Part shown: piece after piece, positions 12,331-25,699 of the stretch
Layout of the letters: each line of letters opens with the position of its first letter
Numbering within the stretch: the first letter of the stretch is position 1
DNA from: Callorhinchus milii
Lineage: Eukaryota
Length of the DNA: 64,000 nucleotides
Reading direction: 5' to 3'
Assembly: GCF_018977255.1 (NCBI RefSeq)
Contig: NW_024704743.1
Span: forward strand, 22,198,001 to 22,262,000
Made by a program: the position numbers and the translations under genes
Notes under the pieces: generated by a model
Databases searched by the model: none
The model's input: only the letters and a program-made list of their open reading frames with translations
What the model was told of the DNA's origin: nothing

Positions 12331-14049
12331 ATACAGAAGCTTGTCACTGTGGGTGTTTGAAGGAAGGTAGTTATATTTTACACCCGAACAATTGGGACAA
12401 TTTGTTCAAAAATGTGACAAGTGAGTGACATAATGGCAGGTCCCCTCCCCACCGCTCTTTCTTTTATTCCATCTCAGTCTCTCCCGCTCCCTCTGTTTTG
12501 TCTCTCAAACTAGTGATGATTCTTCTTTGTTTTGGTCCTACACGATGGCTGTGGAGAGGGATGGGGGCTCACATGGAAGTTTTTTTCATAAGTTTAATAA
12601 CTGAGTGATAATTTCACTCATGTCACAACATCTTCACAGCCGGTACACAGCTTGCTGGCACTCGTCTCTTTTTCTATTTACCTGCACATGGACTTATGTG
12701 CATTAATCCAAAGTGGAACAAGTATATTTGTGGCCAGTAACAGGAACAAACTGTATTGCCTAACCACTCAGCATAGCTCTCTGGGGGCAATGCTGAGCTA
12801 CTAAAGTGTTCTCTCTTTTAATTACTTGTGTGTAAATGTAATTTCGCTGCAGGTCATTCGGAATGGGTTCTGGGCCATACACAGCACTCTCATCAAGCCC
12901 TCGAGGCACCAGAGCAACAAATCGAAGGTGCAGGGTTATGAAAGGTAATCAAAAGGTCAGTTGCTTGGCCACTCAATCCACGCCTGTTTTGGGGGACACT
13001 GCTGCGCACAATTGGCTGCCGCGTTTCGCCCACAAAATATACAGTCAATTCACTTCACAGGATATTCTGGGAAGTGCTTTGAGACGACTCAACAACGTGA
13101 GAAGGTGCTGTATCAAATGCAAGGATTATTATTTAAGGAACAGCTTGATGCTGTAATGGAAAGACATGAGGGCAGATATTCTAGAAGGCGGAGAATAAAA
13201 AAGATGAAGAATCCTCTTGACCAAACCAATCTTTGATCTTGACTATTTACAGTTCATTCTGTGCAGGACAGAGTTTTTGATATTCATTGCAGTAGGTCAA
13301 ATATTCACCTCTTGGAGTCATGAAATAATTCTCTGCATGAACTGCTCATAAAGGATGCTATATGAATGCCAGTTGTTGTTCTTCTTGCTTTATCTACATA
13401 CTGGCTTTGATGGAATTAGTTTACTTAGGAATATTTTAAATGAACCATTGAATAAATAGAAGACAATTGAGCAAATCTTTGAGGAAAAATAATAATAAAG
13501 TGTAGAAAGAGTACGATTAGAGGGGATAACTTGGGCATGTGGGTGATAATAACTCGAGGAGGTGACATCACACCCGTGGGAGAACCAGCAACAACATTGC
13601 CATAATGGGTCGAATGCCCTCCTTCTGTGCTGTAACCTTTCTTATGAATTAATAAGCATTGAGAATAACAATGCAGAGAGTTTTACAAAGAAAGAATACA
13701 TTGCTATTCATTCAACAACCTGATGGAGACAGGAGCTTTTGAAGGGACTTTGGCACTGTCGAGTTATGCACACACACTGAAGTCTTCTCTTCAGACTGTA
13801 GCAGTGACAGAAATTGGATCTGTCTGTGAGCGACTGCAGAGAGGAGCTTGTTGTGACAGTGGCAGGGGAGGAAGAGACACTCAGCAGAGCTGGAGAGGCG
13901 TTGTGAAGCATGAGAGAGAGGCGGCGTGGGAGATGAGATGAAGTATTTGGGTAGGTGAAAAGACAGCTAGGTGACATTGCGTGAGACTGAGCGAGTGTGG
14001 CCAGCTGACTCTCAGAGTGTGTGTCAGAAACCATTACTGAGTGACTCCA

Positions 14050-14690
14050 GTCTTTCTAATTGAACTCCCACTAGCACTTTCCAGATTTGGAATAAAACTT
14101 GTGGCGTTAAAGCAAATCCTATCCAGTAGATATTTCACCATAGTTTGTGAGACTGATATAGAACTCATGCATAGAGACTGAGCTGTGGAACCAATCACAT
14201 ACACTTCAAAATAACTTATTTGAAGAGCCTTTCAGATGAGACATTTCAATATGATGTGGTGCAATATCAATTGAAAATTTTATTGATTCCAAGTTAGAGA
14301 CTGAGGTGAATAGAATAGAGATTAAACATTAAAGATTGTAGGGAATAGTGTGGCCATGAATTGCCATAGTTAAGAAACAAAGTAAAAGGTTCATTGTAAC
14401 AGCAGGATAGGTGAATGTATTGGATGTGACTCTGACCCTTCATAAGTAATTGATAGCATAATATATAAAATCTGTCTCTTTGAAGATTGGGGCAAGACTT
14501 GATTCCATTTTCCAACTGAAGTGATATTTTCTATTCTTTGGCAGCTTATTGCAGTTTAATCATTTAAGTACTTACAGCAGTTTACATAAGCTCTAGTTAT
14601 TACCACAGAATGATAATTCAGTAGAAGGCCACATTTCCACATGGCAAATATTGGAGACGATTTTCTTGTATGTAAACATAACAGGTAGTT
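14050..14690 (-). pseudogene. Probable decayed ART remnant H with signal-peptide-like exon
   Basis: gccATG MWKCGLLL... ending at a gtaagt donor (14568-14573). Then YGNSWPHYSLQSLMFNL (G.S.....F.FKSLHF.L), CTTSY*, FYISLTNYGEIS, QVL/IPNLE. Confidence 0.4.
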
Positions 14691-16454
14691 TTTAGTGTTG
14701 GTGAACAGTAATCCCATTGCCTCCCCCGCCCCCCTCCCCGCCCACTCTTTTTCAATGAGTTTCCAAATGTAGTCTTCCAACTGGATTCCAGGAATCCGAG
14801 TGGAGGTCCTTCCAGTTACTGGAAGTACATCATGCAAGTCATGCCAACTCAAAAGTACTTTAATGCTTCACTTTTGCGGTTCACACTTGTGCTGCACTAT
14901 TGGAGATGCCATCCTTTGGCTGAGACTTTAAACAGAGGTCTGATCTGCATGTGGATGTTAAAGGTCCCGTGACACTATTTGGAAAGAGAAGAGAGTTTCC
15001 CCCGGTGTTCTGGCCAGCAATCCCCCAAAATAAAATTGATCATTCGTTTCATGGCTATTCGTGTGACATTGCTGTACGAAAATTCCTCTGTTGCATCACC
15101 TACAAAAACAAATGCTATCTGCACTTTATCCTGTGAAGCACTCTGGGTCATCCTCCCGAAAGCTGCTATTCCAATTGTAAGGATTATTATTATTTTATCA
15201 TATCATGTGAAACCCAGATCCTATGGGTTGAATGACCAGCTTCTATACTGTAAATTATTCCTACCACGAGAAATTTTCTTAAATACGTCTTTTAAACTCT
15301 CAAAATTGCCCAGTTTTAACAATTCATAATTATTGTTACGGTCAGAAAAACCATAGAAACATGAAAATTCTCTGTCCCATAAACCTCCCGCAAATAATAG
15401 TACAACAAATGTACAGGTCAAATCCATTTATTTGCGCAGAGAAGAAAAAATTAGCTCTTCCCTGCTCTACCCGATTCCCCAAAGGCGCTTTGCACTTGTA
15501 CCAAAATAACTGACTGACTGCCAAACAAAGCTGCACTTCACAATGATGTTCAGTTAAAGCTGCCAATCCATTAGCTCTTAAAATGAGAAATGAATATTGG
15601 AATATGCTCAGGACCAGACTGGGAATAAGCTTGAAGCTGCTCTAGGGAACCATCTCAATCCTGTCTGCAGCAGCTCAGCGAAGAGCAGAGGTTTGTGTTG
15701 CACAACGTGATGTCACTCAGCATTAATGAACTTTATTTCATTTCATTCCCTCCTCCAGAGCTCAGATGTGTAAGTCAAATAGGTCTCGGGAGTTATTAAT
15801 GAAAATTAAAACCAGCGCTTTAAAAATCTACTTTGTATCCCCCAAAGCCCCAGGCAAGTAACTCATTTCAGCAGCGTTTTTTTTCCACACTGAGGCTACC
15901 TTATAGATCATTTAATCATTTGTTAAACACTGTGTGCAGAATCCTGTAAAAACATGTTCTGATTCACCAGCTAAACCATGAGAACAGGCTTCTCATGGTT
16001 CACAGTTCCTGTGCACTGTCGTGGATCTGGAAGGAGCGAATTCTTGGTTGGACTCATTCTAGAAAAGGGGGAGGTTGCTGTTTCTCTTTTCTATCACTTC
16101 ACCTGAATTTTCCTTCCATTGTTAATCCTAACGCACTCTTCCCTGAACAGATAAGGGAGTCTGACCTCCCTGGCCAACAATTCCCCAGATAAAACATTGG
16201 CTATTCACTTCATGGCTATTTTGGGGAAATTACAAAATATACAGTCACTACAATTTACAGTAAAGAGAACTACCAGAACAACTACCAGTTTATCTTAGTA
16301 TAAACTCAGGCACAGACTAGTTGGTTTGAAAGGTATGTTTCTGTGCTTTAACATGGGTGTAATTATACCCATTGGATGTATGTAAACTTCTATGAAGTGC
16401 TTTAAGACATTTCGACAATGTGATAAGGTACTATATCAAATCATAATAATAATT

Positions 16455-16826
16455 TTCCTTGTATTTGATACAGCGCTTATCATGTCTTCTAGATATCTCA
16501 AAGCGCTTCTAGGAATATACTGTAAAGTGAATTGACTATATGTTTTGTGGGTGAAACGCAGCAGCCAATTGTGCACAGCAGTGTCCCACAAACAGTCATG
16601 GATTGAAGTGACCAATTTATTATTATTATTATTTTTCTGTGAAAGGATTATTAGTCTCGGAAAAGTGATCCACCAATTGACTAACAACCAAATTCCTACT
16701 TACTGCTAGTTTAACAGAGGTGTGTGGAGTAAGGAAACTTGCCCAAAGTTTTGCCCTGCCGGGAATTGAACCCAGTTCCTCTTGCTTGCGAGGCGAGTGC
16801 TTTAATCAATGAGCTACAGGACTCCA
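16455..16826 (-). mobile_element. Full-length tRNA-derived SINE, long subfamily (also 26563-26855 -, 29437-29800 +, 33302-33632 -, 54888-55230 +, 6866-7190 +)
   Basis: Same head and tail as the short subfamily, plus an extra internal segment of about 60 bp (ctctgtttacctagcagtaagtaggaaccc...). Confidence 0.9.
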
Positions 16827-18410
16827 CAACAACAACAACAACAACAAGATTCCATTTATTGAGCGCCTTTCACGTCGGGATGACGTCCCAAGGCGCTGTA
16901 CAGTTAGGTCAGGACCCGAGCAGGGGAAAAATGGTCAGGGTGAGGGGAGGGAAGGGAGGGAGCGAGGAGGGGCTAGAGATTCGAGAGGGGAGCTGAAGGC
17001 ACGGTCAAAGAGACCGGCCTTGAAGGAGGAAAGGGAGGAGACGGCGAAGGCACTGGGGGATGGAGTTCCAGAGCCTAGGGGCTGAGAGGCTGAAGGCCCA
17101 GCCACCGATGGTAGGGCGGTTGGGGCGGGGGATGTGGAGCAGACCGGAGCCAGAGGAACGGAGGGTACGGGCAGGTAAGTAGGGGAATAGGAGGTCGGAG
17201 AGGTAGGAGGGAGCAAGGTCGTGAATGGCCTTGTAGGTGAGGATGAGGATCGTGAATTCGATCCTCTGGGGGATGGGGAGCCAGTGGAGGCGAGCGAGGG
17301 TGGGAGTGATGTGGTCCCGAAGCCTGGTGCGGGACAGTACACGAGCTGCAGAGTTCTGAATGACCTGCAGCTTGTGGAGGGAGGTGCCGGGAAGGCCGGC
17401 GAGGAGAGAGTTCCCATAGTCCAGCCTTGAGGTGATAAAGGCGTGGACCAGAGTTTCAGCAGCGTGAGGGGTGAGGTAGTGCCGTAGTCTGGCGACATTC
17501 CGGAGGTGATGGAAGGCGGTGCCAGTTGTGGCGCGGATATGAGGGAGAAAGGACAGCTCAGGGTCGAACAGAACCCCGAGGTTCCTGACCGGCTTTGAGA
17601 GGTGGAGAGTGCAGCCTTGGATGCTGATGCTGTCAGCGCCTGAGGTGCGGAGGCGCTGACGTGAGCCAATCAGGAGGGCCTCAGTTTTGCACACGTTGAG
17701 CTGAAGAAAGTTATCTCTCGTCCAGGACTCGATGTCGGACAGGCAGCTGTCAGGACATCGGTGGTCGTGGAGTTGAGGGTAGAGGAGGAAAGGTAGAGTT
17801 GGGTGTCATCCGCATACATGTGGAAGTTAACCCCATGTCTGCGGATGATGTCACCAAGGGGGAGCATATAGAGGGTGAAGAGGAGGGGACCGAGGACAGA
17901 GCCTGAGGGACACCGCACGAGACAGTGCGGGGGCCGGAGGAAAAACCATTTGTGGAGACAAAGTGAAGACAGTGGGAGAGGTACGACCTAAACCACTCAA
18001 GGACAGGGCCTTGAAGGTTGAGGTGGGAGGACAAGCGGTGGAGGAGGATAGCGTGGTCGACCGTATCGAATGCTGCCGATAGGTCGAGGAGGACGAGGAG
18101 GCAGAGGGAGCCCTGGTCACAGATGGTCAGGATGTCATTGGTGACCTTGACCAGGGCAGTTTCTGTGCTATGGGCAGCACGGAAACCCGACTGAAGGGGT
18201 TCGAATAGTGAATGGTTGGAGAGGAAAGAGCGCAGCTGGGAGGCGACAACTCGTTCCAGGACCTTGGACAGGAAGGGGAGGTTGGAGATGGGCCGGTAGC
18301 TTGATAGCTGCGACGCATCAAGGGAGGGTTTTTTTAAGGTGGGAGTGATGGTGGCAGTTTTTAAGGGAATGGGAATAGAGCCAGAGGAGAGGACAGGTTG
18401 ACGATGTCCA
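16827..18410 (-). mobile_element. L2-clade LINE, 5'-truncated RT region with 3' tail
   Basis: [59 protein letters not shown]. Frameshifted, with a (GTT)n tail. Confidence 0.95.
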
Positions 18411-19249
18411 CATACAAGGACTATTATTAGTATTATATTCCTGAGCTCAGCAAAACGCAAGAGACATCATCAAACAATTAGGAGGTGTTGTGGATCCGCA
18501 CACCATTTCCTCATCAGCACTGTCCTCAAATGCAGCACTGAGAGTTGCTTTTGGTATGAGAATCTTATGTGAAATACATTTCCGTAGCTGCGACTCTGTT
18601 CCAGAAATTACCCCCAACTTTGGCATTTTTGAAATTGTCAGCTGGGCTCAGTTGGTTGCTTTGAGTCAGAGGGTTGTGGGTTCAAGCACAACGTTGGGTT
18701 TTAGACACATTTAGGTCAGTCTAGGTATCACGCCAATGCTGGAGGAGCACTGTATTGTCAGAGATACTGACCTTCAGATGAGACATAAGATTCCATCCGC
18801 CTATTCATATATGACTATATTTGAAAAGAGTACGGAGTCCTGGTTATCAATTCTCTGAAAAAAATTGGTTATTCATTTCATGGTTGTTTGTGGGACATTG
18901 CTCTGTGCAAATTGTCTGCTACATTTGCTTGACAAATATACAATCACTACACTTGACAGCAATTATCTATGAGGCATTTGAAATTATAGATGTTATTTTT
19001 ATTCTTATTAATTGTCAATTTCAGTCAGAGGGGTGATCATAATCTGGTTGCTAAAATTGTCTCATTTGAAGTTTGTTCATTTTAAATTTATGCCCTCTAG
19101 TAGTGACCTCTTAACATGAATTAAATAATTTGCTTACATGTGTTAAAGAGGACTAAGTTAATCAGAATATTCTCAGTATAAAGTTACTCTTGTTTCTTTT
19201 TTTGCAACCAGCGAAGTCTCCCATTGTTTTCAATTCTTCTCGTTTTTCA

Positions 19250-19910
19250 CCTTTTATGTTATGTCTTGTACGTACAATTTACAATACAATTGACATTTAT
19301 ATAAGGCCTTTCATGTTGGGAGGGCATCTCAATTTTTTTTGGGGATTAAGTAATGATAAATATGTATGCTTTTGTATGGTGTATGTTACTTACAGTGGAA
19401 AGTCAATTATTTGACCAGGTCTATCACTCACACAGCTATAATGCATATTCTTCTGCTTGTTCCAATATATTCAAATACGAGTGCCTCTCCATTGCATTAC
19501 AAACAATCAGAATAAATCTTTGGTTTAGATATTTCCTGAAATGGTGCTTAATTATCCAAACAAATGAATGATCTCAACACTTCTCACTCATAATCACTGT
19601 TAAAGAGGAATCACTGCCGCACAAAGTGCCGTGGGCGGGTCATTTTGTCTTCTGGGGTTATTTTTCTGTGGTGCTTTTACTGCAGTGTTATTATGTCAAT
19701 CATTTGGTAAATGACAAGGAAAAGAATTACTCCAGTGACACCACCATTGGTGATAGTATTTCTCTCCCCAATTGCAGAACTCCAATGATCCACATACCAG
19801 CTGACCATATGACTGCTAATCTGCTTTGGTTGATGTGGATTCCATTTGTGTGAACGTGCAAAGATGTGCACACAGTGGCTAACTTTGTGTGTGAACTTTT
19901 TTTTACACAC
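19250..19910 (+). pseudogene. Decayed ART remnant I
   Basis: TYS..SQLFDQ, IFKY.CLSIALQTIR (LT.ALQ.L), TV-RGIT at about 19597-19615 (TVYRG), GHFVFWGYFS (G..VRFG.F.S), QSFGK, IHIP, ANFVCEL (SNFNC). Confidence 0.6.
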
Positions 19911-20649
19911 ACTACTGGGCGTTTTTGCTGATAAGAATAAATATACTTTTGTACAGTCCAGGTTTAGAATCAAACAATGAGTTCGACAAGTCATAGGAAG
20001 ACACACTCAAAGATAGAAATGAGAGATGAGAATAGAGATGAGAAAGAAAGTCAAAAAATATGGCAGAGAGAGGGAGAAGGGATTGTACAGCATCATAATA
20101 ATGCTATAATCCTCACATTTGATTCAGTGCTTTATCACATTGTCAAGACGTCTCAAAACACTCCACAGGATACATTTTAAAATGATGTGACTGTGTGTAT
20201 TTTGTGGGCATACTATAATATGATACTATAGCAACAGTATGATGATAACTTATTTTGGTTAGCACTGCAACCAATTTGTATTTTGTGTGATGTCCAATTA
20301 TCCACACTGTTTTCATGTCCACAATAGAGCTGGCCCTGGTTAGTGTGGATAATTGGCTGTTTGCTGCCAGATTGTAGCATTTTTTTTAAAAAAAGTATTT
20401 AATTCTGCACCTTTTTAAATTTTGTCCTGTGCTTCTGGACATTTTTTATGATATTTATGTTTGTGGACTTTTTTTCTTTTCATGCTTGCTAATTTTCATC
20501 AGTTAAGTTTCATTGGCCTTTGTTTCCCATGTCTTCCTCAAGCATTATTGACCCGATTTTCAAAGGGGACGCAGAGGATGTGCTATGTTGGATGTCAGAG
20601 GTACAGAGGCACAAGAGTGAGGAGGAGTTTTTTTTGAGAACATGAAAGG

Positions 20650-20880
20650 AGCAGAGGTGATGGTTTACAACAGCTTGGTTCTGAAATTCATCTCACAGGA
20701 TGTAACACAGATAAATGGTTCCATTAATAAAGCTAAAATATTGTCAAGTTTGAACTCCTTCAAGTGTGACATTGATTTTCTGCAGCATATACATCACACT
20801 GACCCAGAGATGATGAAATTTAGGTAGGTCAGGTTATTTCAGGTTATTGTTACTCTAGGCTTCAGCATATTTTTGTACGC
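20650..20880 (+). mobile_element. L1/Tx1-type LINE ORF2 endonuclease N-terminal fossil
   Basis: ORF 20642..20827 LKFISQDV..INGSINKAKILSSLNSFKCDIDFLQHIHHTD matches the L1 APE start (ISWNV.GLN...K...L..L..DI.FLQETH). Confidence 0.65.
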
Positions 20881-20949
20881 TGTAAAACANTTTTTTTTTG
20901 AGCATTACTTGGTCATACAGCACCAACATAGCATGTCCCAAATGTAGTG

Positions 20950-21500
20950 TCAAAGTCATTATGGATGGTGATGAGAAGGCAGTGTCTGATCCAGGCACCA
21001 CTGCACCACTCTGGTAATACATTATACCAGAATTAGATGGATCTTACTGTGGCAAAAGGCTGAAGAAGAAACAAACTGTATGTGCAAACACTTATTAACC
21101 CTCTCCTCCCCTCTCAACCGCCATGGCATGCTCCACATAATTTTGCCATCTAAACGCTCATTCCCTTTGGAATGGAACTGTGTCACGTTGGAGCCAGTTT
21201 AGGTCAGAGGCTGTAGCTAATTTTCTTTTTAATCTCAAACCCACTTGTCTGGTCCTGAACGTCACAGATAATCTGAAGGAATTATTTCTGCTACATGTCA
21301 GGAACTTAGAACCATGGAGGACAATTGTTTGGACATGTCTTACATTCCACAAGTTTAACCTGCATGAGGAGTTTTCTATCTCTGAAGAGAGACGGGAATT
21401 ACCAGTATCATTCAGCCATTCTCAGCATGGTCCTGAAGTACCATGTCCAAGCAAACACTGTCCACCACAACCCCCGGATACCAATATGAATGAACAATTG
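20950..21500 (+). pseudogene. Decayed ART remnant J (best preserved)
   Basis: MDGDEKAVSDP, YIIPEL, WQKAEEE at 21050-21070, RHGM, SLWNGTVSRWSQFRSEAVANFLFN, VTDNLKEL, GQLFGHVLHSTSL (STS at 21346-21354), EEFSISEERREL. It partly overlaps ORF 21180..21545. Confidence 0.7.
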
Positions 21501-22439
21501 GGACCGGTGGGTCTTGTATCTCCAAAGATTAGAAAGGATATCTGACCTCTTTGCTCCCTCCAACAGGGAAATAATTCTATTGGATCAATAGTAGGAAGTT
21601 GTACCCATCAAGACATTAGCACATTTAAGTTTGAAAGGATTGTTTGGGACCTCACACACTGAGGGATGCATCAGATAAACATAAAATTGCAGGAGTTCTG
21701 ACCACTCTGCAGGTTTCATGAAGTCACATGGGTACAACGACAACAAAAGGGGGCAGTATTACAATGAGCCACACTTGGCCACACAACCAGCATGTTTTAT
21801 GAGCTGCTCTCTCTGTTGGTATAAGGGAAATCTAACTACTGACATACAAATAGCATTGTATCTTGGTTTGGCTGAGATTAAGGATGGTCTCCAATCTTCA
21901 CCAAATTGTCCGAAAGATTAGCAGACTCACAGACTCTCACGTATTATGCTCCCAGACAGCTGAAATGAATACCCAAATGCTCTGCAAAACTACACTTTAG
22001 TTGTGTCCTCAGGCAGACAGAGGCATGTCTGGTCAACGTCTTGCACTGCGGTGGTGTCAATACCAAACTATACATAACTACAGCAGCTACAGCAAAAGTC
22101 ATATGGACCTCCAGCGAGGTGGCAGAAGTCTTTTAAACAAAGGCAATCATCCTTGTGCTAGGTATCAGCTCTCGTTCACATTCTCTCAATGTGAATTTTA
22201 ACATGTCTGCACCCAAACAGGTGGGGCAGGACGGTACGGGGGGGGGGGGGGTGCAGCAGAGCACAAACACCTGACTGAGGGCACACATCATTCACGGGGC
22301 GGGGTCTGTAAACAAAACAAAATTCAGCCATACAGCCAGCTTTCATAAAATAAACACATTTGTATTAAATGGTCTTATGTGTGATTGTCACTATGTTTTA
22401 TACATATAAAGCAAAGCTGATCATATCTATGTAAGGAAA

Positions 22440-22710
22440 CCTTTATTGCACTTCAGATTCACTCATGGTTGCACAGAAATAGAAATTGTAATTTTTTGTT
22501 GCGTTCCTGTTGGTTACGTGGCATATTTCCATTTGGAACTTGATCATGGATTTTAAATCGTTATTTAGGTGTATTTTCCCCCTTGTTATGAAGGCCATGA
22601 AAATGATTCTTGCTGTCAGCCCGATATTGTTGGTTGTCAGACTTTTCATGCTCATACTCACGCAGTTGCTTTCAGCAAGGTTAGAAAGATACTTTTTTTG
22701 TTGGTGAATT
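22440..22710 (-). pseudogene. Possible ART remnant K (central part)
   Basis: KQLREY...QQY...NHFHGLH, HLNNDLKSM, ICHVTNRNAT (C..TYRG.T). The match is weaker than for the other copies. Confidence 0.35.
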
Positions 22711-25699
22711 TTCTGTGCTCATTAAGACAAGAATTGTCAATGCCGGGGAATGGAACACATTCCCTTTTCAGTCACTGAGTGTCAAGATCGAGTGCTATCA
22801 TCAACAGAGGAAAGCTCCCTCTACTCTGACCCCTGAGTACACCTTCACATCGTCTTCGGAAGATTACTCTTACTCCAGTAGTGACATTTTACATTCTCAC
22901 CAACAGTCATTCTTGTGACCTCTGTGAGTCAGACTGACAATTTAGTGTCAATTAATGACATGCATCCTGTTTACTTAATTCCAGAAAGTATTAGGTGCAG
23001 GTTGGCAAGAGCCAAAGCTTGGGGATCCCAGAGTGTACGTTGGGGTAACTGCTGGGGTCTAACCAGCTAAAATTGCATAGCTTGGCATTAAAATCAGTCT
23101 GGCGAGATTTCCCGCTGCGTGTCCAGCTAGGACCACCCTACCCGTTAGGGATTTGGCTTGCAACAAGAATAACACAGTGCCTTTCACGTTGGGAGGACGT
23201 ACCAAGGCGCTGGACAGTCAGTGTAATAACTGTATACTTTGTGGGCAATACATGGCAGCCAATTGCACATAGCAGTATCCCAAAAAGAGTCCCACAAAAA
23301 ATAACAATAATAATAAATTGGTCACTCAATCTATTGAGTGCCTTGAGTGAAATGAGTGACCAATTTATTATTATTATTTTTTAAAAGGAATTATTACCCC
23401 TGGAAAAGCGATCTGTCAATCAACTAACAATTGGGTTCCTACTCTCTACTAGGTAAACAGAAGCGTGTAGAGTAAGGAAACTTGCCCAACATTTTGCCCT
23501 GGCTGGAAATCAAACCCATGTCTCTCGATTGCGAGGCGAGTGATCTAACCACTGAGTTACAGGATGTCATGATCTGAACAACTTGCACACTAGGATAACA
23601 TTCTTGAAGGGCTTTAGAGTCCTTAGAGTGGCTTTAGAATAGAGTCCTGTAGCTCAGTGGTTAGAGCACTCACTTTACAAGTGAGAGACCTGAATTCAAT
23701 TCCAGGCAGGTTAGGGCGAAACCTTGGGCAAGTTTCCTTACTCCACACGCCTAATAATAATCCCTCCAAAAAAACAAAACAATAATAAATTCGTCATTTT
23801 CAATCCATATGACTGTTTGTGGGACATTGCTGTGCGCAATTGGCTGCCGCGTTCGCCCACAAATATACAGTCAATTCACATTACAGTGTGTTCTGCGAAG
23901 CGCTTTGGGATGTCCTCCCGACGTGAAAAGCGCTATATCAAATGCAAGGACTATTATTATTATTATAGAGAGACAGTACGGATCAACAAACCAAGGTGGG
24001 AAGAGGGAAGGTAATATATTATTCATTTGTTCACTGAAAGAACAAATGAAAGAGGTTTTGTTATAAAGCACTAGTATCTAAAGACTGTATACACACATCA
24101 CATTACTGAATTAAATAGTATAGCAAAATGAGTCAATTGAGTTGGTGGTACTTAAATTCACTTTGGTTATGATTTCTAGTGGATAAGGAATTCAATGCCA
24201 TTTTTTTGCAGAAAATAGTAGGTTGGGGAGCGCGGGCATTCAGAAGTAAATATAAAATGTGCCGCAGTCCTTGAAGTAATCTATTTGGTAAAAAAATGCT
24301 GGTTCTGTTATTTTACAACAAAATAATCCCGTCATAATTACACATTTAAAAGAAAAGTGAAAGCTCCCCAGCACTTTTAACTTTTAACAATGCTGTCTTT
24401 TTATACTCCTTCAATGCCTGCCTCGCGGCACTACAGCATTTTTGCCATTTCATCTGCACCATCAAAATACATTCAAAGTGGAAGTGTGTTGATAGCTATC
24501 CCACTCCAGTGAATGGAAAAATAAATTTAGCAGAGAACTCACAGAATTCTAGTTTGTCAAAACATCAGCAAACAGGAGGCTGATGGAGGCTAAAGATTAG
24601 GGGCGTTCCAAAAAGAAAATGCATTTGAGACAACTGAGATTAAAAGTATTTGATGTGGCGCCTTATCACATTGTTGAGACGTCTCAAAGCACTTCACAGA
24701 ATATACCGTAAAGTGGATTGACTGTATAATTTGTGGGTGAAATGTGGTAGCTAATTGCGCACAGCAGTTTCCCACAAGCAGTCGTGGATTGAGTGACTAC
24801 ATTTTTTAAAGCAATTATTACCCCTGAAACGCGATCTGCCAATCGACTAACAACTGGGATATAATATAATACTAATAACCCTTACATTTGATATAGCGCT
24901 TTTCACGTCTTCTAGACGTCTCAAAGCACTTCACAGAATATGCTGTAAAATGAATTGACTGTATATTAGTGGACGAAACGTGGCAGCCAATTGCGCACAG
25001 CAATGTCCCACAAACAGTTGTGGATTGAAAATGACCAATTTATTATTGTTTTGTTTTGGAGGGATTATTATTAGGCGTGTGGAGTAAGGAAACTTGCCCA
25101 AGGTTTCGCTCTGCCTGGAATTGAACCCAGGTGTCCCGCTTGCAAGGCGAGTGCTCTAACCACTGAACTACAGGACACCATGCGGGTTCCTACTAACTGC
25201 TAGGTAAACAGAGACATGTGGAGTAAGGAAACTTGCTTAACATTTTGTCCTGCTTGGGAATCGAACCCAGGGCCTCTCGCTTGTGAGGCGAGTGCTCTCA
25301 TCAATATGCTACAGGGCTCCACATTCGGCACCATTCATGCCAGGAAGATATCTTAATGCACTTGACAGGATTTACCTTGACTGTGTATTTTGAAAGTGAA
25401 CACGGCAACCAATTTACACACAGCAATGTCCAATAAACAGCCATGATATGAACGACTGAGGGATTTTGTCGGAGGGATTATGGGTGAAACTCCCTTCTCT
25501 TATCAAGAAGTACCTTAGAATCTTTAACATCCATATGAACGGACAAGACTTTAATTTGACATCTCTTGTGTAGCTTGGCACCTCCATAAATATAGCACAC
25601 TCTAAGCACTTGCTGATATATCCTGGAGTGTGAATTCAAATTTCTTATGTGGGACTTGAGCCTGACTCGAAAGGGTGCTGCAAACCAAGCCAAGCGGAT

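Noticed and set aside
12853..12944. Plus-strand exon-like segments with AG/GT borders (also an 11-nt one at 15759-15769 and an acceptor at about 7405)
   Set aside because: There is no recognisable protein and no consistent gene model. Such sites arise by chance, although they could be ART accessory exons or lncRNA exons.
15974..16000. Perfect 11-bp inverted repeat AACCATGAGAA-5nt-TTCTCATGGTT
   Set aside because: It is too short and isolated to assign a function.
16935..17669. Long Ser/Pro-rich ORFs (244 aa here, 248 aa at 51872, 202 aa at 43627)
   Set aside because: These are alternative frames of C-rich L2 RT sequence.
20890..20890. Single N next to a poly-T run between the L1 fossil and ART relic J
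   Set aside because: This is an assembly ambiguity, so the junction here should not be interpreted biologically.
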